Assembly (NCBI GenBank): GCA_049281195.1 | Contig: JBAPRR010000455.1 | Span: 1 to 63,232, forward strand | Source of the DNA: Acidimicrobiales bacterium | GTDB taxonomy: Bacteria > Actinomycetota > Acidimicrobiia > Acidimicrobiales > CAVXTF01 | Length of the DNA: 63,232 nt | Reading direction: 5' to 3' | Shown: in pieces, positions 1 to 8,844 of the stretch | How positions within the stretch are numbered: position 1 is the first letter of the stretch | How the letters are laid out: every line of letters begins with the position of its first letter | Made by a program: the position numbers and the translations under genes | The notes under the pieces: model-generated | What the model was told of the DNA's origin: nothing | Databases searched by the model: none | The model's input: only the letters and a program-made list of their open reading frames with translations

Positions 1-242
1 GTTACATACCTGTAAAGCGACATGGTTGTGAAACCGAGCTCCTTGGCCACCCTGGCCATCGAGACAGCGGCGAACCCCTCGTCGTCCGCCACGCGGATCG
101 CGGCGTCGACGATCGCGTCCACCGACAGCCCCGGCTTGGGACCGCGCCGGCCGCGCTCCCGTCTCCCCCAGAGCACGTCGAGTCCGGGCGGAAGAGCGGT
201 TTCTTCGCCGCCGGCGCAGGACCCCTTCTTTTCTTTTCTCAC
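1..242 (-). CDS. TetR/AcrR-family transcriptional regulator, N-terminal part only (gene runs off the left edge)
   Basis: Absent from the ORF track because it has no stop in the window. Reverse-complement translation from GTG (240-242) reads VRKEKKGSCAGGEETALPPGLDVLWGRRERGRRGPKPGLSVDAIVDAAIRVADDEGFAAVSMARVAKELGFTTMSLYRYV, a typical TetR HTH. Divergent from the ABC operon at 278. Confidence 0.75.
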   Translation of the reverse strand, partial: MRKEKKGSCAGGEETALPPGLDVLWGRRERGRRGPKPGLSVDAIVDAAIRVADDEGFAAVSMARVAKELGFTTMSLYRYV

Positions 243-277
243 GCCCTTGACTATAACTGCGTGCGCCATATACGGTT

Positions 278-1231
278 ATGTATATGTCATACACAGTTAA
301 TGCCACAGGAATCTGCAAGTCCTTCGGCAAGCAAGTTGTGCTCGACCAGGTGGACCTGGCAATCGAGAAGGGCGCTGTTCTGGCCCTGCTCGGCCCGAAC
401 GGAGCGGGTAAGACCACCATGGTTCGAATCCTCTCGACACTCGTCCGCCCCGACGCGGGGGCCGCCACCATCTGTGGACACGACCTTCTGACCGATCCCT
501 TCAGGGTCAAGGAGTCGATCAGCCTGACGGGTCAGTACGCGGCCGTGGACGACCTGCTTACCGGCGAGGAGAACATCGAGATGGCCGCTCGTCTCAAGCA
601 CCTCCGCCGTGGTGCTGCCCGTCTTAGGACAAGCGAACTGCTCAGTGACTTTGACCTTCAAGATGCCCGACACAAAAGGGCCTCGACGTATTCCGGCGGC
701 ATGCGCAGGCGGCTCGACCTGGCGATGAGCATGGTGGTCCAGCCCCAGTTGCTCTTCCTGGACGAACCGACGACCGGTCTCGATCCACACAGCCGGGAAC
801 AGGTCTGGAACACGGTCACACAGCTCACCAGCCAGGGGGTGACGATTCTCCTCACCACCCAGTACCTCGAAGAGGCTGACCGGCTGGCAGACGAGATCAT
901 GCTGCTCGACAAGGGACGGGTCGTGGCCCGTGGCACTGCAGAAGAGCTCAAGTCGACACTCGGCACGGAAGTGCTCCGCGTTGAGTTCGCCGACCAGGCG
1001 TCTTTCGACAAGGCGTTGCGCGTCATCGACACCATCCGGTTCGACGCACACCTGCAAGTCATCGAGGTCGCCACAAACGGGAGCGCAGGGGACATCTTCG
1101 ACACGCTCGGTCGGCTCCAATCGGCGGGCGCTTCTGCATCGAAGGTCGGTATTCGCAGCCCGAGCCTCGACGATGTCTTCCTTTCACTCACCGGGCTCGA
1201 CGACAGAAACGATACGAAGGAGGTTGCGTGA
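278..1231 (+). CDS. ABC transporter ATP-binding protein (DrrA / ABC-2 exporter type)
   Basis: Walker A GPNGAGKTT, ABC signature YSGGMRRRL, Walker B LLFLDEPTTGLD. An alternative start is ATG 284. Confidence 0.95.
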   Translation: MYMSYTVNATGICKSFGKQVVLDQVDLAIEKGAVLALLGPNGAGKTTMVRILSTLVRPDAGAATICGHDLLTDPFRVKESISLTGQYAAVDDLLTGEENIEMAARLKHLRRGAARLRTSELLSDFDLQDARHKRASTYSGGMRRRLDLAMSMVVQPQLLFLDEPTTGLDPHSREQVWNTVTQLTSQGVTILLTTQYLEEADRLADEIMLLDKGRVVARGTAEELKSTLGTEVLRVEFADQASFDKALRVIDTIRFDAHLQVIEVATNGSAGDIFDTLGRLQSAGASASKVGIRSPSLDDVFLSLTGLDDRNDTKEVA

Positions 1232-2010
1232 TGTCGATCTGGACCACACTCTCCGACTGCAGGGTGATGTCACTGCGCTGCATACGCCGGACTCTTCGCA
1301 ATCCCGAATCATTCTTCACCGCCTTGATCCTGCCGATCATCTTGATGCTTTTGTTCGTCTACGTGTTCGGCGGAGACTTGAGAACCTCAGGTAAATACGT
1401 GGACTACGTGGTGCCAGGTTTGATCGTTCTGTGCGCGGCCTTCGGCGCCAGTACGACGGCAGTGCAGGTGGCGACGGACATGACCAACGGCATTGTCGAC
1501 CGCATTCGTTCGATGCCGGGGAGGGGAGGCGCGCTCCTGGTGGGACACGTGATCTCAAGCCTGGCCCGCAATCTGATCGCGACTGCGATCGTTATCGGTG
1601 TAGGGCTCGGCGTCGGCTGGCGACCCACGGCGTCGCCGGTCGAATGGGTCAGTGCGGCCGGGATGATCGTGCTCTTCGCTTTCGCCATCTCGTGGCTCGC
1701 CGCCGGTGTCGGGCTGTTAGCTCGAAATGCGGAGGTGGCTACGTCGTTCACCATGATCCTCGTCTTCGTCCCTTACGTGAGCACCGCATTCGTACCCGCG
1801 CACACGATGCCCAGGGTGTTAGACGACTTCGCCCGGTACCAACCGTTCACCCCGATCATCGAGACGATGCGCGGTCTGTGGATGGGCCACACCTCGGTCG
1901 GAGCCACGGTGGGACACGAGGCCCTGATCGCGTGTGCATACTGCGCCGGCATCATCGTCGTGTCGGTCATAGCAGCAGGATGGTTGTTCGAGCACCGCAC
2001 CGCAGGATGA
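1228..2010 (+). CDS. ABC-2 type transporter permease
   Basis: ATGA overlap with the upstream ATPase. Multiple hydrophobic segments. Size and position are typical of a DrrB-like permease. Confidence 0.9.
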   Translation: MMSIWTTLSDCRVMSLRCIRRTLRNPESFFTALILPIILMLLFVYVFGGDLRTSGKYVDYVVPGLIVLCAAFGASTTAVQVATDMTNGIVDRIRSMPGRGGALLVGHVISSLARNLIATAIVIGVGLGVGWRPTASPVEWVSAAGMIVLFAFAISWLAAGVGLLARNAEVATSFTMILVFVPYVSTAFVPAHTMPRVLDDFARYQPFTPIIETMRGLWMGHTSVGATVGHEALIACAYCAGIIVVSVIAAGWLFEHRTAG

Positions 2011-2018
2011 CAACGTGT

Positions 2019-2540
2019 CTAACCGGTCAACCTTCCGGCAAGGATCTGCTCACGCAGGATGTCAGCGTGCCCGCAATGCATTGCGAGCTCGCGGATCATA
2101 TGGATGTAGACCCATCGAAGCGGGAGAGGGCTTCGGCGGTTACCGAGTAGGAGATCGTCGAGGCCGATTCCAGCTGCAGCACGACGCGAGACTTCACAGG
2201 CATCAGAATGTTCCTGTTGCACCGAGGCAACTGAGTCCTCGGGACTCAGGATGAAGGACTGTTCTGCGTCGTCGGGGATGCCGATTTCTTCCCGGGAACG
2301 GCACGTGATTCCTTCGTCGAACCAAACCCTCTCTACGAACGTGGCGTGCTTCAACAGCCCCAGCGGGGTGGTGCGAGATGGCACCAGAGATCTCCGGGCC
2401 TCCTCCTCTGTAAGCCCGTCGAGGGTCTCGTTGAGCCCACACCGGTGTTCTTCGAGAAAAGCTTCGAGTTGCTGTCGGATCGGGGCGTCAATGACGTCAG
2501 CCGCGGTCGTCGTCGGGAAGCTGGACATGCTCCACAGCAT
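2019..2540 (-). CDS. DinB-family / DUF664 protein
   Basis: 173 aa. C-terminal WVYIHMIRELAMHCGHADILREQI resembles the DinB/DUF664 four-helix metal-binding His pattern common in actinobacteria. Confidence 0.75.
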   Translation of the reverse strand: MLWSMSSFPTTTAADVIDAPIRQQLEAFLEEHRCGLNETLDGLTEEEARRSLVPSRTTPLGLLKHATFVERVWFDEGITCRSREEIGIPDDAEQSFILSPEDSVASVQQEHSDACEVSRRAAAGIGLDDLLLGNRRSPLPLRWVYIHMIRELAMHCGHADILREQILAGRLTG

Positions 2541-2583
2541 CCCAGACAGACGTGTCAGGGGCTGCCAGATGCGCAGTTAACGT

Positions 2584-5463
2584 TTGGAGGTGCATTCCAC
2601 GATCCGGCGGGAGCGTCTCCTGTCAGAGATGAGGAAGCGTCACGGAGCGACCGTGATCGCTCTCGAATCGGCGCCGGGATTCGGCCGGACGGTGCTGCTC
2701 GATCATGCGCTGGGCGAAGGCCCGGCCGATCCGAGGGACCACGATCTGATCTACCGGTGTGTCTTGGGTGACGACGCACCGGGACGGCTGGCAACAAGAA
2801 TTCTCGATGTTTGCGGAGCCCAGGTCTCCCCCGAGCAGGCAGAGCGAACCGTCCACGAGAGTGCTCAACAGATCGCTGACGCGTTGGAAGCGATCTCTGC
2901 GAATGAGTCTCAGGTCGCGCTACTGATCGACGACGTAGATCAAAGTGGCGATGATGGAGCGGCATTGATCGAGTCGCTGGTCCAACGACTCGGAACCAGG
3001 TGCCATCTGGTGTTGTCCGGACGACACCTTCCACGCCTCGGGCTCCCCCGACTGGTGGCAAATGGAAAAGCGTCGTTGATCGGCACGGAGGAACTCGCTT
3101 TCCGCGCCGAGGACCTGACCCAATTCGCACAGGAAGACCTGGCTCCACTGTTCGCGGACCCGGATCTTGCCCGTTGGCCGGCCCTGGCGAGCCTGATGTT
3201 GCAGAGGCACGCGGATCTGATGGTGGCTTACATCAAAGAGACTGTGATTGCCGATCTCGACCCTGGCGTCGCCAAAGCCTTGGCGGTCCTGGCCGCGGTG
3301 GGGGGATTGCCCAACCTTCTCATCGAAGGTGTGCTGAGGGCGGCCATCGGAGATCCGGAGGGACGCGAAAACTCGACCGACATCGCGTCAGATGCCGCTG
3401 CGGTCATGGTTCTGCCGCTCGTACGAACGCAAGACGGATGCTGGCCGCACCCGATCTGGGCGACCGCTACTGCCGAACTGCTCAGCCATCTCGAGCGCGA
3501 CAGAGCGGTCCTGGCGAAGATACGCGGGCTCATCGACACCGTGTCCACTCACGACGCGGGGAGACAGGCGATAGAGAACCGCTCCTCGGTCGGACTCGCT
3601 GCAGTCGTCCGGGCGGCCCTTTCGACACAGCCCTCCCGGGCTTCAGTGGCAGATCTGCGTACGTGGGCGGCGAGCGGCCTGCTCCCGAAGGAATGCATCG
3701 AACAACGATGGCTCGAGGCCGTCATAGCTATGCAGGTGGGCGATCCCGATGGATCCGGCCTTCGGGGCCTCGTGCAGGTTCGCCAGGAACTCGAGTCCGC
3801 CAAAGACGACGATGCGGAGGTTAGCGTCCTTCTTCAACTGGGCACATTCGCCCGGGCGAACAGCGATGTAGCGATGCTGGGTTTCCTCCTCGAGCGCGCC
3901 GCGTCACTGGCCGATGACGGAAATCCGGTCGCACGCGTACTCGTGGTTCTGGGTGAAGCCGTCGCGGCACAGCTTCGCGGAGACCCGCGTGAAGCTTTGG
4001 CTGCCCTTGAGCGGATCCCTCCAGGCCTCCTTCGCGGAGAGTGGGCCAGCCAGGCCCTCATGATGCGCGGTACGAACCTGCTTTTGGCAGGGAGGATCAC
4101 AGAAGCACTCGTCGCCCTGCACTCGAGCACCGGCGAAGGCTCCAGGTACACACGTAGCATCGCTCACGACCTGCTGTCGGCTGCGAAGTGGTACTCGGGC
4201 GACACATTCGGTGCGATCGATGAAGCGGAGATCTCCGAAAAGCTGGCATTCAATTCCACGACCACGTGGATAGGGCTGCAAAGAAGGGCATGGAGAGCCT
4301 GCCTTCTCGCGGCCACCGGGCAGACGCAAACAGCAGAAGAGCTCTTGTCCCAGTTGAAGGCCGGCGGAGACGAATACCGTGACGAAGAGACCAATGGCCT
4401 CGTTCGGATCACCGAAGCCCTGATCATGTGCGACCACAACGAGCTGTCAAAGGCCCGGGAGGTTCTCGTCGAGACGACGGTCGCTCCTCGGGCCACGCGC
4501 GCGGCGATGTGGAAAACCTCTTTGGAAATCGCACTTTCCGGCACTGAGGAAGATGAAGCCGGTCGAGCCGACGGTGACCCGACGCTGCAACTTGCCCGCG
4601 CGGCGGGGATCGACGGAGCCCGCCACCTGGCCGGCGGACCGTTGGTGGTAAGTGCTCACCGGCCATACCTGGCTGCAAGGTGGTGCGAGCCGGACCCCAC
4701 GTTCACAACCGTGAAGGTGATCGGATCAGCAAAGGTCATGAGAAACGGATCAATCGTCGACCATCGCGCGTGGGGCCGCTCGCGGGTCCGCGAGCTGTTC
4801 CTGCGTCTGGCCATCGTCGAAAATTCGACGCGCGCCCTCGTCGCCGCGGACATGTGGCCCGACCTTCTCGACCGCGACGCAGGACGCAACCTGCGAGTGA
4901 CCCTGACCCATCTTCTCGATGTGCTCGACCCGCAACGGTCCCGAACGTCCGGGTCGGTGCTGATAGTCGATACAGAAGGACGACTGTCACTTGATCGCGC
5001 GAGCGGCATGCGAATCGACGTTTGGGAACACGACCGGTACGCGAATGCATTGATCGAGACACCAGAACACGAGAGGGAAACACTCCTTGCCCATGCGAGA
5101 AGGTTGGCTGCGTTCGGGTGGGGACCTTTGCTCGCGGGTGCACCCCTCGGAGAGTGGATCGAGCCGCACAGTCGCCGTCGCAATGAGCTTCGGATCTCAG
5201 CGCTACTGCGCGGGGGAAACCACGCGGTGGCCGCAGCCGATTACAGGCTGGCCGAGGAGCTCGCCACCGCAGCCCTCGAGGTCGACCCCTGGTCCCAACA
5301 GGCGCACCATCTACTCATCGAGTCATGGATCGACGCCGGGGACCTTGACGCGGCGAGAAGGGCTTTCGCTCAGGCGATGGAGGCGTTCAAGGAGCTCGGT
5401 GTCAGTCCCGGCTTTTCCGTGAGCGGCATCACACAAAGGTTGGGCATCGGCTTCCCGCGTTGA
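2584..5463 (+). CDS. Large BTAD-domain transcriptional regulator: N-terminal ATPase-like region, helical middle, C-terminal winged-helix + BTAD
   Basis: TTG start, 959 aa. N-terminus has a MalT-like P-loop region ESAPGFGRTVLL. The C-terminus (from about nt 4711) reads VKVIGSAKVMRNGSIVDHRAWGRSRVRELFLRLA...NLRVTLTHLLDVLDP, an OmpR/SARP-type wHTH. It is followed by WEHDRYANAL...AADYRLAEELATAALEVDPWSQQAHHLLIESWIDAGDLDAARRAFAQAMEAFKELGVSP, a BTAD. Confidence 0.8.
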   Translation: MEVHSTIRRERLLSEMRKRHGATVIALESAPGFGRTVLLDHALGEGPADPRDHDLIYRCVLGDDAPGRLATRILDVCGAQVSPEQAERTVHESAQQIADALEAISANESQVALLIDDVDQSGDDGAALIESLVQRLGTRCHLVLSGRHLPRLGLPRLVANGKASLIGTEELAFRAEDLTQFAQEDLAPLFADPDLARWPALASLMLQRHADLMVAYIKETVIADLDPGVAKALAVLAAVGGLPNLLIEGVLRAAIGDPEGRENSTDIASDAAAVMVLPLVRTQDGCWPHPIWATATAELLSHLERDRAVLAKIRGLIDTVSTHDAGRQAIENRSSVGLAAVVRAALSTQPSRASVADLRTWAASGLLPKECIEQRWLEAVIAMQVGDPDGSGLRGLVQVRQELESAKDDDAEVSVLLQLGTFARANSDVAMLGFLLERAASLADDGNPVARVLVVLGEAVAAQLRGDPREALAALERIPPGLLRGEWASQALMMRGTNLLLAGRITEALVALHSSTGEGSRYTRSIAHDLLSAAKWYSGDTFGAIDEAEISEKLAFNSTTTWIGLQRRAWRACLLAATGQTQTAEELLSQLKAGGDEYRDEETNGLVRITEALIMCDHNELSKAREVLVETTVAPRATRAAMWKTSLEIALSGTEEDEAGRADGDPTLQLARAAGIDGARHLAGGPLVVSAHRPYLAARWCEPDPTFTTVKVIGSAKVMRNGSIVDHRAWGRSRVRELFLRLAIVENSTRALVAADMWPDLLDRDAGRNLRVTLTHLLDVLDPQRSRTSGSVLIVDTEGRLSLDRASGMRIDVWEHDRYANALIETPEHERETLLAHARRLAAFGWGPLLAGAPLGEWIEPHSRRRNELRISALLRGGNHAVAAADYRLAEELATAALEVDPWSQQAHHLLIESWIDAGDLDAARRAFAQAMEAFKELGVSPGFSVSGITQRLGIGFPR

Positions 5464-5482
5464 ATCGGAGCATCGGAATAGA

Positions 5483-5524
5483 AAGGACCGCCCCTACGGC
5501 AAACCCCCCCGAGGAGCGGTCCTT
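5483..5524 (+). terminator. Hairpin downstream of the BTAD regulator gene (possible terminator, or part of a small RNA)
   Basis: AAGGACCGC (5483-5491) pairs with GCGGTCCTT (5516-5524). The 24-nt loop is C-rich and is followed by CCCTTT. The long loop and weak T-tract make this uncertain. Confidence 0.3.
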
Positions 5525-5716
5525 CCCTTTCATTCCGATCGAGTCCACGTCCGCCGAAACCCCTCGATCAGCAACGACTAGTTGCCATAGGGCATATTGG
5601 CCAAGGCCCGCTAACTGAGCGCTAACCGCTTGTGACGGTCGGCTGAGCCTACGCAGCCGTTGGCGAGCCTTCGTGCCATTTCATTACTTTTTGGTCGTGC
5701 CGAAATTTGGGCATCC

Positions 5717-6793
5717 TCACCCAAGCGTGACCTGAGGCTCAGTTGCCGCGTTCGCTCCGCTCCGGCGACGCCGGACGAGCCAGTACAGGATCCAGCCGAG
5801 GGCGAGGATCAGCCAGAAACTGATAAAGCGGTAGAGCAGCACCGCTGCCATCGCCTTGGTCGCCGGCAGCCTCGCTGCCACCAGCGCCGCGGCAAGAGCC
5901 GGCTCGACCACGCCGAGTCCACCGGGGGTCAGATTGAAGCTGGCCGCTCCAGCGCCCGCCGCCCAGGCCAGAATCAGGTCGTTCCATGGAACGTGTAGGC
6001 CCACCGCCCGGATCGACAGGGCCAGGCAGCCAATGTCGAGGAGCCAGTTCAAAACCGAGGAGACCGAAGCCACGACCTTGTCGAAACGGGTGACACGAAG
6101 CGCGGCCATCGTTTGGATCGCCTCGCGAATCACGAGCTCGGGGTCATCGCCGGTCTTCTTGGTGATGCGGCGTCCCTGTTTGACCGCCCAGGCGCCGACC
6201 GCGATCAACTTGTCCTCGATGCGAGGACGAGTCGAGGCGACTCGAACCGCGACCAGCGGCAAAGCAACGAGAACGACGCCGGCTACGCCGGCGACCTCGG
6301 CGAGCGGGTGGCCGGAAACGATGGCACCGGCTGACACCACGAGACCGAACGCGACGGTGGAGAAGATCCCCGACAGCAGTAGCGCCCAGGTGGCCACCGC
6401 CCGGGTCGCGCCTCTGGCGGAGAATTGGCGGTGAAGAAACGCCGTGCCCACTCCGCTTCCCGCTATGGGAAGCGTGACGGCAATGGCATTTCCGGCGTAG
6501 GTGATCGCCACCATCGACTCGATGGTGAGCTTGATCCCACCCGAACGAAGAACGCTCCTTTGCATGCGGGCGAACGCTGCCATCGAAGTCCACTCGAGAG
6601 CGACCGCCACCCAGACGGCTCCCCATCTCAGGTGGCCCAGCTGCGTGATCGAGTTTCCGAGAATGGACCGGTAGCGCTGGATGGTGGCGAAGAGGATGAT
6701 CACCGCCAGAGCAACGACGAGCCACCGCTTCCAGTGACGGCGCCACCCATTACGTACCTGGATTTCGGCCTGAAGTAGTTCGGGCTCCGGCAC
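5717..6793 (-). CDS. UPF0104 / lysylphosphatidylglycerol-synthase-TM-region-like (flippase-like) membrane protein
   Basis: 358 aa polytopic membrane protein. The basic N-terminus followed by WKRWLVVALAVIILFATI and the overall layout are typical of the UPF0104 family. Confidence 0.7.
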   Translation of the reverse strand: MPEPELLQAEIQVRNGWRRHWKRWLVVALAVIILFATIQRYRSILGNSITQLGHLRWGAVWVAVALEWTSMAAFARMQRSVLRSGGIKLTIESMVAITYAGNAIAVTLPIAGSGVGTAFLHRQFSARGATRAVATWALLLSGIFSTVAFGLVVSAGAIVSGHPLAEVAGVAGVVLVALPLVAVRVASTRPRIEDKLIAVGAWAVKQGRRITKKTGDDPELVIREAIQTMAALRVTRFDKVVASVSSVLNWLLDIGCLALSIRAVGLHVPWNDLILAWAAGAGAASFNLTPGGLGVVEPALAAALVAARLPATKAMAAVLLYRFISFWLILALGWILYWLVRRRRSGANAATEPQVTLG

Positions 6794-6865
6794 CTTCCGT
6801 CCTTCCTGACGGCGTCAGTTCCGGTCGGGGATCACACTATTGACTGCGCACAGAACGCAATTCCC

Positions 6866-7924
6866 TCAGCTTGCGAAACGTTCCCCCGTCCCGGCCACCA
6901 AGTCGCGGACCCTCGGAATCACCTCGGTCCCGTAGAGCTCGATAGCCCGCATCAGCTTTTCGTGGGGCATGCGACCGGCGCTGTACTTCAGGTCGAAACG
7001 GTCGATCCCGAGAATCGAGGCCGTCCTGGCGATCTTTCCTGCCACGGTCTCCGGGGATCCAACGTAGAGCGATCCATGTGCTGAAGCTTCGTGATCGAAC
7101 TGCGACCGTGTCATCGGGGGCCATCCCCTCGAAGCACCGATGCGGTCGCGCGCCTCTTTGAAGTATGGCCACAGCTCCTCACGCGCCTGCTCGTCGGATT
7201 CCGCGACGTAACCAGGGGAGTGAACCCCGATTGGAAGCGAGTCCTTGCCGAACTCCTCGAGCGCACGCCGGTAAAGGTCGGCGTAAGGCTCGAACCTCTG
7301 AGGGTCTCCACCGATGATCGCTAGAACCAAAGGCAGGCCGTAGTGGGCGGCCCTGACGACCGACTCCGGGCTTCCTCCGACTCCTACCCATGTTTTCAAC
7401 GAACTGGATTCGGTGGTGGGATAAACGCGTTGGCTCTCGAGAGACGACCTGGTATTTCCCGACCAGGACACCTCGCCTTCTTCGAGAAGCTTGACGAACA
7501 GTTCCAGTTTCTCTTCGAAGAGCTCCTCATAGTTGTTCAAGTCGAACCCGAAAAGCGGAAACGATTCGGTGAACGATCCGCGGCCGAGGATGACCTCCGC
7601 GCGACCGTTCGAGGCCGCGTCAAGCGTCGCGAAACGCTGGAACACGCGAACCGGGTCATCCGAGCTCAATACCGTTACGGCGGATCCGAGCCGGATGTGC
7701 TCGGTCTGCCCGGCGATTGCGGCCAACACCGTCTCGGGGGCCGAGATGGCGAAGTCGACCCGGTGATGCTCACCCACTCCGAAGAAATCCACGCCCACCC
7801 GGTCAGCCAGCACACCTTCATCGATCACGTTGCGGATCGCCTGAGCGTGGGACACCAACTCGCCATTTTCGTCTTCGTTCACGTCCCCGAACGTGTCCAA
7901 ACCAAACTCCAGGCCCTTGTTCAT
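6866..7924 (-). CDS. LLM-class (luciferase-like) flavin-dependent oxidoreductase
   Basis: Starts at internal ATG 7924 (MNKGLEFGLDTFGD...). The 63-codon extension in the track is Arg/Ser-rich and overlaps the TetR 3' end. Motifs VDFFGVGEHH and ILGRGSF are typical of LLM enzymes. Confidence 0.9.
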   Translation of the reverse strand: MNKGLEFGLDTFGDVNEDENGELVSHAQAIRNVIDEGVLADRVGVDFFGVGEHHRVDFAISAPETVLAAIAGQTEHIRLGSAVTVLSSDDPVRVFQRFATLDAASNGRAEVILGRGSFTESFPLFGFDLNNYEELFEEKLELFVKLLEEGEVSWSGNTRSSLESQRVYPTTESSSLKTWVGVGGSPESVVRAAHYGLPLVLAIIGGDPQRFEPYADLYRRALEEFGKDSLPIGVHSPGYVAESDEQAREELWPYFKEARDRIGASRGWPPMTRSQFDHEASAHGSLYVGSPETVAGKIARTASILGIDRFDLKYSAGRMPHEKLMRAIELYGTEVIPRVRDLVAGTGERFAS

Positions 7925-8063
7925 GGCCAGCGCTATCTCCTTCCAGAACTTTCTGCTACCTCTACAGTTGACATAACAACTAACTCTAGGTTGAACGCCT
8001 GACTCAGGCGGATATTCCCGGGGTGAGCTCCTGGGGACCGGACAGAGACGCCGAAACGAACGC

Positions 8064-8792
8064 CTACAGGTCGGCAGCGATTCCGTTGAGGATCCGCCCC
8101 AGCCCTCGCGCAAATCCGAGCTCTACGCGATCCGGCGCGTGGGGGCCTGTGGCGTCGATCACGACCCTCGCAACATGTGGATGGAGCCCTTCTTCGATGA
8201 TGGTTCTCATGTAATCGCTATATGACGCCATCCACTGCTCGACGGTCACCCCGCTTCTTAACGTCCCCTCCTCTTCGGCGAATTCGCTGAGGGCGTACCC
8301 GCGAACGAAAGCCTCGATCGTCATCATGATCACTAACTGCTCATCGATGTCGAGATCCAACGGATCGAGAGCAGCAAGACCTCGTTCCATCAATACGAGT
8401 CGGTTTGGACCGAGATTCGGCCGTCCCGCTGCGATGGTCGCCATCCAAGGATGCTGGCGAATGACGCCTCGCATCCGGCTGGCGAGGGAGATCAGGTCCT
8501 CGCGCCAGTCCCCCGTCAACTCAGGCACGCCTTCTTCGCCCTCGACCGAGTCGATCATCAGGTCGAGCAACTCGTCCTTACTGGTGACGTACCGGTACAG
8601 GGAAGTCGCTCCTGTGCCGAGGGCAGCCGCGATCCGGCGCATGGAGACCCCCTCGGCTCCGTCGGAGTCGGCAATGGCCACAGCCGCAGCGGCGATGGCC
8701 GCTCTGCTGTATGCCGGCGCCGGACCCTTGGCAGCCCGTTCGGGCCGGTCCCAGATGACCGAGTAGACGCCTGATTCCTCGGGTGCAGACAT
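8064..8792 (-). CDS. TetR/AcrR-family transcriptional regulator
   Basis: HTH VSMRRIAAALGTGATSLYRYVTSKDELL plus a helical C-terminal ligand domain. Divergent from the ABC operon at 8845. Confidence 0.9.
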   Translation of the reverse strand: MSAPEESGVYSVIWDRPERAAKGPAPAYSRAAIAAAAVAIADSDGAEGVSMRRIAAALGTGATSLYRYVTSKDELLDLMIDSVEGEEGVPELTGDWREDLISLASRMRGVIRQHPWMATIAAGRPNLGPNRLVLMERGLAALDPLDLDIDEQLVIMMTIEAFVRGYALSEFAEEEGTLRSGVTVEQWMASYSDYMRTIIEEGLHPHVARVVIDATGPHAPDRVELGFARGLGRILNGIAADL

Positions 8793-8844
8793 GAATCCCT
8801 CTCGGTATTGCGCACACTGTGCTCGGTAGTGTTATATTGTTACT

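Noticed and set aside
22-300. 92-aa plus-strand ORF at the left edge
   Set aside because: It is Ser/Pro/Ala-rich and is the shadow of the minus-strand TetR N-terminus (1-242), which has a clear HTH.
7925-8113. 63-codon N-terminal extension of the LLM oxidoreductase ORF
   Set aside because: The extension overlaps the 3' end of the TetR gene (8064-8792) and is Arg/Ser/Pro-rich. Family-typical sequence begins at ATG 7924.
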